A stretch of DNA of 64,000 bases from an uncultured candidate division Zixibacteria bacterium (GTDB lineage: Bacteria; Zixibacteria; MSB-5A5; SM1-73). The stretch's first letter is position 1; each line of letters begins with the position of its first letter. The translations under genes and the position numbers were made by a program. The notes beneath the pieces are model-generated. The model worked only from the letters and a program-made list of their open reading frames with translations. It was not told where the DNA came from and did no database searches. This document shows, piece by piece, positions 1-10,240 of this stretch. The stretch lies in the NCBI GenBank assembly GCA_903908285.1, contig CAIVRH010000009.1:7537-71536 (forward strand). Reading direction: 5' to 3'.

Positions 1-649
1 TTGCCCCTTTGAAAGAATAAATGTTTTGATTCGGTGTCTCGGGCCAGAGTCTGATACCGCTCATCAGGAATTTATAGAAGGCGGCTAAACCCAAACCGGT
101 GAAAACCGTCTTGGCCCTTCCTCCCCCCTCGTCCCCGGCTTTTATTATCTCGGCGCAGGCTGTCCCCTCGGGAAACTTGAGTTTTCCATGTTCCCGAACC
201 ATCAGATACCGGCGTATGGGTATGACAAAAAGTATTCCCAAGAATCCGCCCATTAGTGATAAGAAGAATATCTCCAGTGCGTTGATGGGATGGTTGAACC
301 CGGGCATGGTCAAATTCCAGATATAGAAGGCCGGAATGGTAAAGATGATGCCTGCTGCCAGTGATTCTCCGGAGGAAGCAATGGTCTGTACGATGTTATT
401 TTCTAAAACGGTTCCCTTTTTTAATAATCCTTTCAATATCGCCATGGACATAACGGCCGCAGGAATAGAGGCGGAAACGGTCATCCCCACCTTCAATCCC
501 AAATAGGCATTGGCTACTCCGAAAACGATTGCCAGAAGAGCTCCCAAAACCACCGCCCGCACCGTCATCTCCGCTACGTTTTCGTGGGGTTTGATATAAG
601 GCTCAAATTTGTTGCCTGGTTGCAAGCTATTGCTGTTTTGGTTATCCAA
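1..649 (-). CDS. OPT family oligopeptide transporter (5' part; runs off the window edge)
   Basis: Not in the ORF track. Manual translation from TTG at 649 (RBS GAGGTGG) gives MDNQ...EMTVRAVVLGALLAIVFGVANAYLGLKVGMTVSASIPAAV...ENNIVQTIASSGES...KLKFPEGTACAEII, which are OPT-family motifs. Confidence 0.9.
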   Translation of the reverse strand, partial: MDNQNSNSLQPGNKFEPYIKPHENVAEMTVRAVVLGALLAIVFGVANAYLGLKVGMTVSASIPAAVMSMAILKGLLKKGTVLENNIVQTIASSGESLAAGIIFTIPAFYIWNLTMPGFNHPINALEIFFLSLMGGFLGILFVIPIRRYLMVREHGKLKFPEGTACAEIIKAGDEGGGRAKTVFTGLGLAAFYKFLMSGIRLWPETPNQNIYSFKGA

Positions 650-905
650 TCTTCCACCTCCTAAATTTAAACTGTATTAACCAATGCTGATGTCCAGAAG
701 GACTTACCCGAGAAAATCGTATGGTTGAAAAGTTCATCAGCAACAACATCTTTTGCTTTACAAACTTTTGACAAAGCTAACGTGTATAATTAAATGTGTC
801 AAGAAAAATCTTGTTTTCCGGTTATCGAATCCTTTAGTTCGTTCATTTTACTACTTGTATTTTTATATAGGCATGATAAATTAACGCTGTAACTTTTATG
901 GATTA

Positions 906-2600
906 ATGTTTAAGGAAATTTCCATCATGACAAAGCTTTTTTCAGTTCTGATTCGGTTGTTTTTGATCGTGTTTTTTCTGCCCAATATCTCCTTTAGCAT
1001 ATCCGCGCCGGAAAATGAGGGAGCGAAAAAGGAACTGAACCCCGAGGCATTTGAGCATTTTGTAAATGGCGATCTGTATGAGCTTTCCCTTGATTTTATG
1101 TCTGCACTAACCGAATACCAAAAAGCGATTTCTCTCCAGCCGGATATTCCGAAAATCAGATATGCTTTGGCTCAGGCTTACTTCATGACCAAGGATGTGG
1201 AATCAGCCAAGAAGGAGGCATTACAGGTCGAACCCAAGGATGTCCGAACCTACCAATTGCTGGGAGAATGCTATCGCATGACCGGGCAGGAAGATAGCGC
1301 TATTTGGGCATATACCTTAGCAGAGGAACAGGACTCCGCCGATATTAACACTTTATGGCGTTTAGCTATGTTATATCAGATGAAAAACGATGCGAACCGG
1401 TCTATCCTTTATTGGAAAAAGGTGGCATCGCTTCAAACTTTCTCCCCGGCGGTCCATCTCCAACTGGCTGCTCTTCTATTTCAAACCGGCAGCTTAGCGG
1501 AAGCGATATCGGAGTATAAAAAAGTGTTGGATTTACAACCGGATAACGCCAAAGCGATTTTAGGCTTGGCGGAAAGCCTGGAAGCCGATAATGCCTTGGC
1601 TGAAGCGATAGAATTATATCGGAGTTACCTGAAGCTGGATCCAGCCAGCAAACCAGCCCGGGGTAAACTGATTGCCCTTTTGTATCAAACCGGAAGGAAA
1701 GACGAAGCCATAAAAGAGGCGGGAACCTTTTCGGATCTTAATCCGGACGACTTAGAAGCGAAAAGGAGACTGGGGGCGCTCTATCTTTCTTCGGGGGATT
1801 TCCAGGGAGCGGAGAGCGTTTTCGTCTCATACTTAGAATCGGATCCGGATGATCCGCAAATTCATTTCTTCCTGGGGAAGATCGCAATGGAGAAAAAGGA
1901 TTTCGAAAAAGCCAAAAAGGAATTCGGGACCACCATTGTTTTAAACGACACCGTGCCGGATGGATGGGTCAATTTGGGCTTGGCATATTTACAGCAGGAC
2001 AGCATCAACCAAGCTATCCGGGTTTACCGGCAAGCGATGGAAAAAGTCAAAAACGAGCCTTATTTCCTGTTTCTTACGGGAAATGCCTATGCTCAGGAAA
2101 ATGAATATGACTCCGCCGCGGTATATTTGAACAAGGCTTCCGATAAAAATCCGCACGATACTCAAATACTTTTTGCCCTCGGTTCCGTTTACGAGAGAAA
2201 AGGTGATTTCGATCAGGCGGTGGCTATTTTCGAGCGACTTTTATTGATCGATTCTACGGACGCCTCGGCTTTGAATTACTTAGGTTATATGTTTGCGGAA
2301 AAGAATATCCGATTGGAAGAGGCGCTATCCATGATCAAAAAAGCGCTGGAATCGGATCCCAACAATGCCGCTTATTTAGACAGCTACGGCTGGGTTCTTT
2401 TCCGGCTGGGGCAGCAACAGGAAGCGGAGGCTCAGATTAAAAAGGCATTGGAATTGATGAGCAACGATCCGATTGTCCATGAGCACCTGGGGGATATATA
2501 CCAAGCTCAGGGCCGGATCGAAGAAGCGAAGACCGAATGGCAAGAAGCTCTAAAACTACAGCCGGAAAACGAAAATCTGAAAATGAAACTGGGACAATAG
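906..2600 (+). CDS. Secreted tetratricopeptide-repeat protein
   Basis: Hydrophobic N-terminal signal, then many 34-aa TPR units (e.g. ALNYLGYMFAE...NAAYLDSYGWVLFRLG). The start could be the ATG at 927. Confidence 0.85.
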   Translation: MFKEISIMTKLFSVLIRLFLIVFFLPNISFSISAPENEGAKKELNPEAFEHFVNGDLYELSLDFMSALTEYQKAISLQPDIPKIRYALAQAYFMTKDVESAKKEALQVEPKDVRTYQLLGECYRMTGQEDSAIWAYTLAEEQDSADINTLWRLAMLYQMKNDANRSILYWKKVASLQTFSPAVHLQLAALLFQTGSLAEAISEYKKVLDLQPDNAKAILGLAESLEADNALAEAIELYRSYLKLDPASKPARGKLIALLYQTGRKDEAIKEAGTFSDLNPDDLEAKRRLGALYLSSGDFQGAESVFVSYLESDPDDPQIHFFLGKIAMEKKDFEKAKKEFGTTIVLNDTVPDGWVNLGLAYLQQDSINQAIRVYRQAMEKVKNEPYFLFLTGNAYAQENEYDSAAVYLNKASDKNPHDTQILFALGSVYERKGDFDQAVAIFERLLLIDSTDASALNYLGYMFAEKNIRLEEALSMIKKALESDPNNAAYLDSYGWVLFRLGQQQEAEAQIKKALELMSNDPIVHEHLGDIYQAQGRIEEAKTEWQEALKLQPENENLKMKLGQ

Positions 2601-2678
2601 AATCTATCCGGCTGATATTGTCTGGCAATATCTTTTCATCGGTTGATTAATTCCACTTTTTTTCATTAAACCTCAGGG

Positions 2679-4442
2679 ATGAGGATATTAATAGCTAACC
2701 ACAATAATTGTTCTTCTCGAATGAGATCTTCTCAAAAAGCCATCGTCTTGATATTAATCCAGCTTCTGTTCTGTAGCCATTGTGCTAAAGAGGGCATGCC
2801 GCCAGGAGGTCCGGTGGACATAACCCCACCTAAGGTGGTGGCAGTTTCCCCTAACCCCGGTTCCACCAATGTCGATTTAAACTCGAAAATCAAAATCGTT
2901 TTCAGCGAAAGAATGTCCGGAGAGCCTACCCAGGAGGCAGTATTCATCTCCCCTTTTCCCCAGGCTCCTTTTGATTATAACTGGAACGGGAAAGTATTAA
3001 CCCTGTCCCCCTCCGAGCCATTGCAGAAAGATAAAACCTACGTGATTACCATTGGCGCCGGCGCCCAGGATTTGCGAAAAAACCGGATGAGCCAATCATA
3101 TACTTTTGCATTTTCTACGGGAAATAGAATAGACTCAGGCAGCATCAGCGGAGAGGTATGGGTAATGCAGCCTGTTGGACTGGGAAAGGATACCGGTATA
3201 AGTATTTGGGCGTATCTGCTTTCCCCCGACCGATCCGCAAGTTATCCCGAAAAAGAAAAACCGGATTATGTCACCCAGCCGGATTCGGCGGGAAAATATG
3301 TTTTTAAGAGCTTAAGCTGGGGAAAGTATCGGCTTTTTGCCGTAAAGGACGTCAACCGGGATATGCTCTGGAGCGGGGAAGATGAAATCATCGGTGTCAC
3401 TGCCGGCGATGTGGAATTAACGGAACAATATCCATCCAGAGCCTTCGTGGATTTTATCCTATACCGGGTGGATCTGAGTCCACCCAGCCTGCTTAACTGC
3501 CGGGCATTTAACCGGAACTCGGTTAAGCTGGAGTTTAGTGAATCTCTCGACGCCAAGACTATATCCGACACCGCCGCTTACCGCATCTTTTCTATCCCCG
3601 ATCAAAAACCGTTGAAGGTGACCGGAGCTTTCTATCAGGATTATGAAACAAAGACCGTCTATCTGTGGACGGAGGAGATGAGCTCGAATGCCACTTATGA
3701 GCTAAAAGCCGCGGACTTAAAGGATTTAGCCGGAAATTTGATGGATACCGCTTACAATACCTGCCGATTCGAAGGATCGGGAATTTCCGATACCATCGGT
3801 TTACAAATCCAAAACATACTGCCCAAGGATGGATCGGTCAATATACCGATTGACACCAAAATCAAATTAGTCTTCAATCAGCCGCCAAAGCCGCAGGCCG
3901 TCGAGGCAAATCTCTCGGTGAACGACTCAACTGGAGTCAGGTTAAAGGGCAAAGGTATCTGGACCACCCCTGCGGTCTACGTCTTCTCCTTGGATTCGAT
4001 TCTTTTCGGAAAAACCAGGTATACGGTCAATCTTTTGGGCAAGGGAATCCGTAATTTATCTGGGTATGCCCAGATGAGGGATTCGATGGTAACTTCCGGT
4101 TTTGTTACCGTGAATCCCGATACTTTTGGAACGGTTTCAGGAAGGGTGGTGATAAATAAACAGACTAAGGCGGGAGAGAATTTGATTTTAACTCTCTGGC
4201 AGCCTAAAGAGAGCGGGTGGTTCTATCAAACTGCCGCAGTCGATTCAAATCTTTTCAGGTTTGAAAGAATACTCCCCGGAAAATACTTCCTCAGCGGATA
4301 CATGGATTTGAACCACAACCAAGTTTTCGATTTAGGCTTAGTGAACCCTTACTCTCCGATGGAGCCATTTGCAGTTTACCCGGATACCATTTATGTGCGC
4401 TCCCGCTGGGAGACGGAGGAGGTGGAGTTAATATTCCACTGA
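2679..4442 (+). CDS. Ig-like (Big_5) domain lipoprotein
   Basis: Lipobox-like C-AKEGMPPGGPVDITPP, then PxxGSxN...I.F(S/N) Ig-like repeats. Architecture is typical of FCB-group Ig-like domain proteins. The true start may be downstream (2721). Confidence 0.7.
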   Translation: MRILIANHNNCSSRMRSSQKAIVLILIQLLFCSHCAKEGMPPGGPVDITPPKVVAVSPNPGSTNVDLNSKIKIVFSERMSGEPTQEAVFISPFPQAPFDYNWNGKVLTLSPSEPLQKDKTYVITIGAGAQDLRKNRMSQSYTFAFSTGNRIDSGSISGEVWVMQPVGLGKDTGISIWAYLLSPDRSASYPEKEKPDYVTQPDSAGKYVFKSLSWGKYRLFAVKDVNRDMLWSGEDEIIGVTAGDVELTEQYPSRAFVDFILYRVDLSPPSLLNCRAFNRNSVKLEFSESLDAKTISDTAAYRIFSIPDQKPLKVTGAFYQDYETKTVYLWTEEMSSNATYELKAADLKDLAGNLMDTAYNTCRFEGSGISDTIGLQIQNILPKDGSVNIPIDTKIKLVFNQPPKPQAVEANLSVNDSTGVRLKGKGIWTTPAVYVFSLDSILFGKTRYTVNLLGKGIRNLSGYAQMRDSMVTSGFVTVNPDTFGTVSGRVVINKQTKAGENLILTLWQPKESGWFYQTAAVDSNLFRFERILPGKYFLSGYMDLNHNQVFDLGLVNPYSPMEPFAVYPDTIYVRSRWETEEVELIFH

Positions 4443-4831
4443 ATGGCTATACAGTTGAAAGTTGTCCCGCGTTCGATCCCTGCATTAATTCCGCTGGCCC
4501 AAACAAAAGAGTTAAACCGCGGGTATAGTAACTGTATTGGAAGTGCACATAAAAAACTTTTTGGCTTGACAAGACGAATATTTGTATTAAATTATAAATG
4601 GCGATTTATGCCAGAATATGATGATAGTTTGTATTTTAAGTTGGGCATCGGTTTGCAACATTTGAAAAGAATCATGCACAGCTTTAAAACCAAAAGGATC
4701 AATATAACATATCCTCATTGCCTACGTTTTTTGTGTCCTCGAATGTAAATTGGATGGCTAGGTGCAATAATATCATAGGGTTATAACATGCCCATAGCCG
4801 TCCGGTAAAATCATCTTAAAGTCAAGCCCTG

Positions 4832-4847
4832 TGGCACACTTTTTGCG
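4832..4847 (+). promoter_or_regulatory. Sigma-54 (-24/-12) promoter
   Basis: TGGCAC-ACTTT-TTGCG, with GG at 4833-34 and GC at 4845-46 (exact N10 spacing), about 200 nt upstream of the ATG at 5048. Confidence 0.7.
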
Positions 4848-5047
4848 ATTAAACTTAGAACGAAACGTGAAAGCAAGTATTGACGAAAACTGACCTTTCA
4901 TTAGAGGGGGTGAGAATCAAAGCAGTATGGTTAACAAGTTGGCAAGGATTTAATATAGGTGAAATTCCAAATCAGATTAACCATGAACGATCGGTTCTAA
5001 CAGATTAGAAAAATAAAAAATAACCATCTTATTAAAGGAGGTAAAAG

Positions 5048-8000
5048 ATGAAAAGGCAAACCTTTTCTCTTTTGATCTTGACAGCCGCAGTCCTGGTATT
5101 AAGCGCCGGGTCCTGGGCTACTTGTCCGGAGGCGCCGAATGATGCCGGATTATGCGACACCTTGAGAATCACCAGTCCGGACGGCGTCCAAACAGGCGCT
5201 GGACCCTGGTTGATCCGGTTCCCCATATTCATCACCCACGATCTTACCACTTGGTTCGATTCCATCGGCGCTATGGTTCTTCCTTTTTGTTATACCAACA
5301 CCAACCCGGCGAAATTTTGCAGTGTCAATACATACTGGAATAGAACCCTATGGACACAATTACAACGTAGCATTTTCCGTGATCTTGGTGTCGGAAATGA
5401 TACTTCCTTCAACTGGATGATGGGTTTGTACAATGCAGGGAATGGAGAAGAGTGGAATAGTGTTATTTTGGATGTTCTAGGCGGAAATTCCGGACACTTC
5501 TTTCTCACTATAGTTCCAACAGGTACCGAAGATAGAAGATTTGAAGGAGGTAATCATGTTCTGATGGCTACCATGACCTTCAAAATACAGGACACTATGC
5601 ATGTCAGTATCGACACATGTTGGTGGTCCCCCAGCTCAAACTTGGCTTTTGCTGTTTCCGATTCCCATCATACATATACATATATCCCCAGAACCAACCT
5701 TCCCACCACTTTCTGGATAGGTCCCCCCCGCCTGCAGGTAACCTCACCTAACGGAGGGGAACAGTGGGCACAGGGCTCTTCGCATAACATCACCTGGCTG
5801 TCGGAGAACTTCACCGGAACGACGGTCAAAATAGAATATTCCACCAATAGCGGTTCATCCTGGAATACGGTAATCGCCAGCACTGCCAACAGCGGCACTT
5901 ATGCCTGGACCGTTCCCGGCACTCCTTCGGCTTTGTGTTTGGTCAGGATAACCAACACGGGAGGCGCAACTCCAACCGACGTAAGCGATGCCGTCTTCGA
6001 GATAAACGCACCACCGTCCCCGGACTTCAGCATCGCCGCCACACCCGACACCCAAACCATAGTGGCGGGAGATTCCACCACCTACAGCGTGAACCTGGGT
6101 TCGGTCAACGGCTTTAGCAATCCGGTTACTTTAAGCATGAGCGTTATCGGAGCCTCTACTGGCATAACGTCAAATTTCACCAGTAATCCGGTGACTCCAC
6201 CGGGCGCATCCACCATGAAAGTGCATACCACCACCTCGACCGCGGTGGCTACTTACAAGTTGGAAGTTACCGGCACCTACAGTTCAATAGTACATAAAGA
6301 TACGGTCAACCTGAAAGTGACTCCAGTGCCGGATTTCACCATTAGGGCGGAACCGGGTACACGAGAAGTGGTGGCGGGAGACTCAGCCAAGTACAATGTG
6401 ATCTTAAAATACCTAAATGGCTTTAACAAATCTTGTGATCTGACTGCTACCGGTCTACCCACAGGTGCTACGGCCGTCTTTCGTCCCACTCCGCTTGTTC
6501 CTCCCGACACTTTATCGATTATGACCGTATACACCACCGCAGGCGTAACCCCGGCGGGAACCTCTGATATAACCATCACTGCCACCAGCGCAGCTAAGGT
6601 TGCTAAGCAGGTTCATGTGTCCCTGGTCGTGCATGTGCCCGACTTCACCCTCGATGCCACTCCCGAAACCTTAACGGTCAGGCAGAGTGAACAGGGAAAT
6701 TATAACATCGCTTTGGTTTCGCTTTATGGCTTCAGCTCCCCTTGTTCGCTGACAGTATCCGGTCTTCCGGCTAACGTCTCGGCAGTATACACTCCCGGAA
6801 CAGTTACACCGACGGGCTCGTCCACCCTTGCTGTTTCAGTCGATTTGGCTGCCGTCCCCGACAAATATCCGCTAATCATTACCGGTACTAAAATGGGGAG
6901 TAAAGGCACAGTATTGGCACACAGTGATACGGTATTATTGAACTTAACCAGCCAGAAGGATTTCGATCTGGCGGTCATCCCCGATACCCTTCATATCGCC
7001 CTGGGAGAAAAAGGCAGCTACAAAGTGAGGCTCATTCCCATCAGTGGATACGATTTACCATGTTCTCTGACTGTTTCAGGCTTTACCTCGGGAATAACCG
7101 GCAGCTTTGCCAAACCTCTGCTTACCCCGGAAGATAGCACTACCCTGGATATTTCGGTCTCTTGCAGCGTTACGCCTTCATCAATCCCCCATACCCTGAC
7201 TATAACTGCCACTGAAAGTGGAGGAACGCTTAAACATAGCAAGGATGTCGAACTTATCGTAGATATGGGCACTTGGAGCTTTGCCTTCGCAACTCAACCG
7301 GATACTCAGAAAGCAGTTGTTGGAGATTCTGCTGTTTACCAGGTGCTGATACGACGCCAACCCTGTTTCCTTGAGGCTTGCACATTATCTATCGTAAACG
7401 GCCTGCCAGCAGGAGCTAGCTACTACTTTAATCCCACCATTATACCGGGCAGCGACAGCACGTCACATCTGGTAGTATCAAGCGGTATCGCCGCATCGGG
7501 AGTATACCACTTGATCGTAAAAGGCAAGGCGCTGGTCAAACCGGATATCAGGGACACCCTCATTTTTGTGGTCCAAGACTTCAGCGTCTCGTCCAGTCAA
7601 GATACAGCCATAGTAACCAAAGGGCAATCTGCCGGAATCAGCATAACCGTCAACTCCCTATTGGGGTTTGCGGAACAATGTACTTTGATGGTATCCGTAT
7701 CAGTAAAATCAAACCCGCCAAATTGCGTACTTGACAAGGTCACCCTTATTCCCACGGACAACGCTTTCCTGAACATCTACACCGCCACGGAGACGGATAC
7801 CGGCTGGTATGACATCACCATAACCGCCCGCAGGATGACCCCAGGAAAAGCTTTTGTTCTGGAACACTCACACCACATAGCATTGAAGGTCAATGAAAGT
7901 AGCGACGTGAATGACGGACAGGATAATCCCAATATCCCCGGCACCTTTACCCTGTTCCAGAATCAGCCCAATCCGTTCAACCCGATTACCCAGATCAGTT

Positions 8001-8218
8001 ACTACCTGCCCAAAGCATGTCAGGTAAAACTAACCGTCTACAACGTTCTGGGACAAGCGGTAAAAGTACTGTATGACGGTTATCAGGATGCCGGCATGCA
8101 GAATGTAACCTGGGACGGAAAGAGCGCCAATGGCAATGAATTGAGCAGCGGCATTTACTTCTATCGCCTGAAAGCGGGTGATTTTAACCAGACCAAGAAG
8201 ATGTCGCTTATGAAGTAA
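5048..8218 (+). CDS. Secreted multi-Ig-domain surface protein: putative cohesin-like N-domain, SPNGGE Ig domain, six Ig-like repeats and a T9SS/FlgD-like C-terminal domain
   Basis: RBS AAGGAGG and a signal peptide. Six ~100-aa repeats start PDFSIAATP, PDFTIRAEP, PDFTLDATP, KDFDLAVIP, WSFAFATQP and QDFSVSSSQ. C-terminus QNQPNPFNP...SGIYFYRL...TKKMSLMK. Confidence 0.75.
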   Translation: MKRQTFSLLILTAAVLVLSAGSWATCPEAPNDAGLCDTLRITSPDGVQTGAGPWLIRFPIFITHDLTTWFDSIGAMVLPFCYTNTNPAKFCSVNTYWNRTLWTQLQRSIFRDLGVGNDTSFNWMMGLYNAGNGEEWNSVILDVLGGNSGHFFLTIVPTGTEDRRFEGGNHVLMATMTFKIQDTMHVSIDTCWWSPSSNLAFAVSDSHHTYTYIPRTNLPTTFWIGPPRLQVTSPNGGEQWAQGSSHNITWLSENFTGTTVKIEYSTNSGSSWNTVIASTANSGTYAWTVPGTPSALCLVRITNTGGATPTDVSDAVFEINAPPSPDFSIAATPDTQTIVAGDSTTYSVNLGSVNGFSNPVTLSMSVIGASTGITSNFTSNPVTPPGASTMKVHTTTSTAVATYKLEVTGTYSSIVHKDTVNLKVTPVPDFTIRAEPGTREVVAGDSAKYNVILKYLNGFNKSCDLTATGLPTGATAVFRPTPLVPPDTLSIMTVYTTAGVTPAGTSDITITATSAAKVAKQVHVSLVVHVPDFTLDATPETLTVRQSEQGNYNIALVSLYGFSSPCSLTVSGLPANVSAVYTPGTVTPTGSSTLAVSVDLAAVPDKYPLIITGTKMGSKGTVLAHSDTVLLNLTSQKDFDLAVIPDTLHIALGEKGSYKVRLIPISGYDLPCSLTVSGFTSGITGSFAKPLLTPEDSTTLDISVSCSVTPSSIPHTLTITATESGGTLKHSKDVELIVDMGTWSFAFATQPDTQKAVVGDSAVYQVLIRRQPCFLEACTLSIVNGLPAGASYYFNPTIIPGSDSTSHLVVSSGIAASGVYHLIVKGKALVKPDIRDTLIFVVQDFSVSSSQDTAIVTKGQSAGISITVNSLLGFAEQCTLMVSVSVKSNPPNCVLDKVTLIPTDNAFLNIYTATETDTGWYDITITARRMTPGKAFVLEHSHHIALKVNESSDVNDGQDNPNIPGTFTLFQNQPNPFNPITQISYYLPKACQVKLTVYNVLGQAVKVLYDGYQDAGMQNVTWDGKSANGNELSSGIYFYRLKAGDFNQTKKMSLMK

Positions 8219-8243
8219 AACCTATCTATCGCATTGCGAAAAT

Positions 8244-8282
8244 AAAACCCTCCGGTTCTTAAGTGAGCCGGAGGGTTTTTTT
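8244..8282 (+). terminator. Rho-independent terminator (likely bidirectional)
   Basis: AAAACCCTCCGG...CCGGAGGGTTTTTTT hairpin between convergent genes. Confidence 0.8.
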
Positions 8283-8315
8283 AGTATTAAATCTTAACGG
8301 TAGCGATCTTTAAAA

Positions 8316-9914
8316 TCAATGCATCAAGACCATCTTTTTGGTATAAGACTGATCTGCGGTTTTCAGTTGATAGAAATACACCCCGCTTGCCGCTTCCGCA
8401 CCGGAATCATCTCTGCCATCCCAGCCGACCTGATACTCACCCGGAACCTTTTCCTCATCTACCAATGTTCTCACCAGCTGTCCCAGAACGTTATAAATAT
8501 TTAGAGTGGTGTGGATGGGAACTTTGAACTTTGAACCTTGAACTTTGAACTTTATTGTGGTGGTAGGGTTAAAGGGATTGGGATAATTCTGGAAAAGCTC
8601 AAAGGAAGAAGGTCTGGTAACCGCCTCTTCCTCATCACTTACCTCGCTCCAACCCCAATCGGTTATCTTGGCGAAGATGTCATTATCGACATCATTGCGA
8701 TCATCAGTCCAGGTATAACATATTTTATTATCGGTCATGGTCACCGCCACTTCTGTCTGCCAGTTAACAGCATAGGCCGGATCAGAGATAAAGTAGTTGG
8801 TTCCCTCCGGTTCCAGTGAATCTATGCAAAAATTATATCTCTGGGCATAGATATCCGAATTGAGAAGCCGCCCATCATTCCAGGCGATTACGAAATCACC
8901 CGCTTCATTCATGCTAACGCTCGGCCAGACTTGCGAGGCGCCGCCTTCATCATTGTCCACCCTGAAATTGCTTGGATCCAAAGTAAGAGATAATGAATCG
9001 TATCTCTCCGCATAGATATCCTGGTTGCCATTTCTTTCATCGTCCCAAGCTATCACGAAGTATCCCTTGCCGTTCATGGCAATATCCGGATACCGTTTGT
9101 TGCCGTCTGTATTATCACCTATCAGGAAGTTAGCACCCCAGGTTGTGCCATCGTAATAATAGTATTGAGCAAAAATGTCATAATTGACACCCCGCTGATC
9201 ATCCCAGGTTATGACGAAATTCCCGGAATCGTCCATGGCAATGGCAGGTGAGGACTGGCTGGTACCGATGGGTTGATCGTTCACCGTTAGAACTTCACCG
9301 ATGGTGTCACCATTCGGCTTATACATCTGGGCATAGACGGCGAATTCTTCCGCGACGCTTTCATCCCTCCAGGTGATGACGAAACTACCAGTATGATAAT
9401 TCATAACCACATCCGGGGCATACTGCCCACCTTCGGTCGTGTCGTTATCTACTCTGAAGTTTACACCGATGGTGCTTCCGCTGGAGTTAAACCTCTGGGC
9501 ATAGATATCGCTGTTACCGTTTCTGCCATCTTCCCAAACCACGATGAAATTGCCGGATGCATCCATGGAGGCTGAAGGATAATTTTGGAAAGTAGTTCCC
9601 GTATCGGTATTCACCTTGAAATTGGTACCCTGGGGTATACCGGAAAGATTGTATAACTGGGCATAAACATCAAAGTTATCCCTCCCGCTTCGCTCGTCTG
9701 CCCAAACGATGACAAAATGGCCAGTTCTGTCTGTGGCTGTAGCCGGAGTAATCTGTCTTAGTCCTTCCGTAGTATCGGTGCTCACCATAATATCATCGGC
9801 TCGTGCCTCCTGCTGGCCAAGAAAACCCGGCAAAGTGACTTTCCCGGGCAGCGAGAACAGGATCAAAACCGCCAAACAGAAAAACAACCCCTTAGAAATG
9901 GAGTGCACTTGCAC
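8316..9914 (-). CDS. Secreted 7-repeat beta-propeller protein with T9SS/FlgD-like C-terminal domain
   Basis: Signal peptide. Seven ~52-aa repeats of the form P.iamd..G.FvI.W.D.R....DIYAQRY. C-terminus QNYPNPFNP...SGVYFYQL...TKKMVLMH. Confidence 0.8.
   Translation of the reverse strand: MQVHSISKGLFFCLAVLILFSLPGKVTLPGFLGQQEARADDIMVSTDTTEGLRQITPATATDRTGHFVIVWADERSGRDNFDVYAQLYNLSGIPQGTNFKVNTDTGTTFQNYPSASMDASGNFIVVWEDGRNGNSDIYAQRFNSSGSTIGVNFRVDNDTTEGGQYAPDVVMNYHTGSFVITWRDESVAEEFAVYAQMYKPNGDTIGEVLTVNDQPIGTSQSSPAIAMDDSGNFVITWDDQRGVNYDIFAQYYYYDGTTWGANFLIGDNTDGNKRYPDIAMNGKGYFVIAWDDERNGNQDIYAERYDSLSLTLDPSNFRVDNDEGGASQVWPSVSMNEAGDFVIAWNDGRLLNSDIYAQRYNFCIDSLEPEGTNYFISDPAYAVNWQTEVAVTMTDNKICYTWTDDRNDVDNDIFAKITDWGWSEVSDEEEAVTRPSSFELFQNYPNPFNPTTTIKFKVQGSKFKVPIHTTLNIYNVLGQLVRTLVDEEKVPGEYQVGWDGRDDSGAEAASGVYFYQLKTADQSYTKKMVLMH
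8520..8553. repeat. Heptamer tandem repeat (AACTTTG, ~5 copies) inside a coding sequence
   Basis: aactttg aactttg aaccttg aactttg aacttt; encodes KFKVQGSKFKV in the C-terminal domain of the 8316-9914 gene. Confidence 0.9.
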
Positions 9915-10092
9915 CTCCTTTGGTTAATGGTTATTTGGTGAATATTTTATTCCCCTGAATGTCCGTCCGGATAACAAATGTAGAAGATTACTTTATTTTA
10001 GTCCCGGTTTTAAAATAAAAAATATACAGTGAAAACATCCCATCTATTCCCGTGATCTAATAATCTAAAAAACATGTCATTCCTCAAAACCA

Positions 10093-10120
10093 ATAATATT
10101 CGGAAAACAAGCTGTGTCAA
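10093..10120 (-). promoter_or_regulatory. Sigma-70-type promoter for the 9914 gene
   Basis: Minus strand TTGACA-N16-TATTAT. Confidence 0.5.
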
Positions 10121-10189
10121 GGGAATTTTTACGTTTGTGGCAACTTGAACTCAACCGATGGGGAATTAAATTATGTTGATTACCATCAT

Positions 10190-10219
10190 AAAAAAGCCCC
10201 CATAAACATCAGGGGGCTT
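10190..10219 (-). terminator. Rho-independent terminator
   Basis: Minus strand AAGCCCCC-loop-GGGGGCTTTTTT, just after the stop at 10241. Confidence 0.7.
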
Positions 10220-10240
10220 GGTTTATTAGGGCAATCAACA

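Noticed and set aside
4443-4748. 101-aa ORF in the spacer before the scaffold gene
   Set aside because: No RBS or recognisable motif; it lies in AT-rich regulatory DNA, so it is probably spurious.
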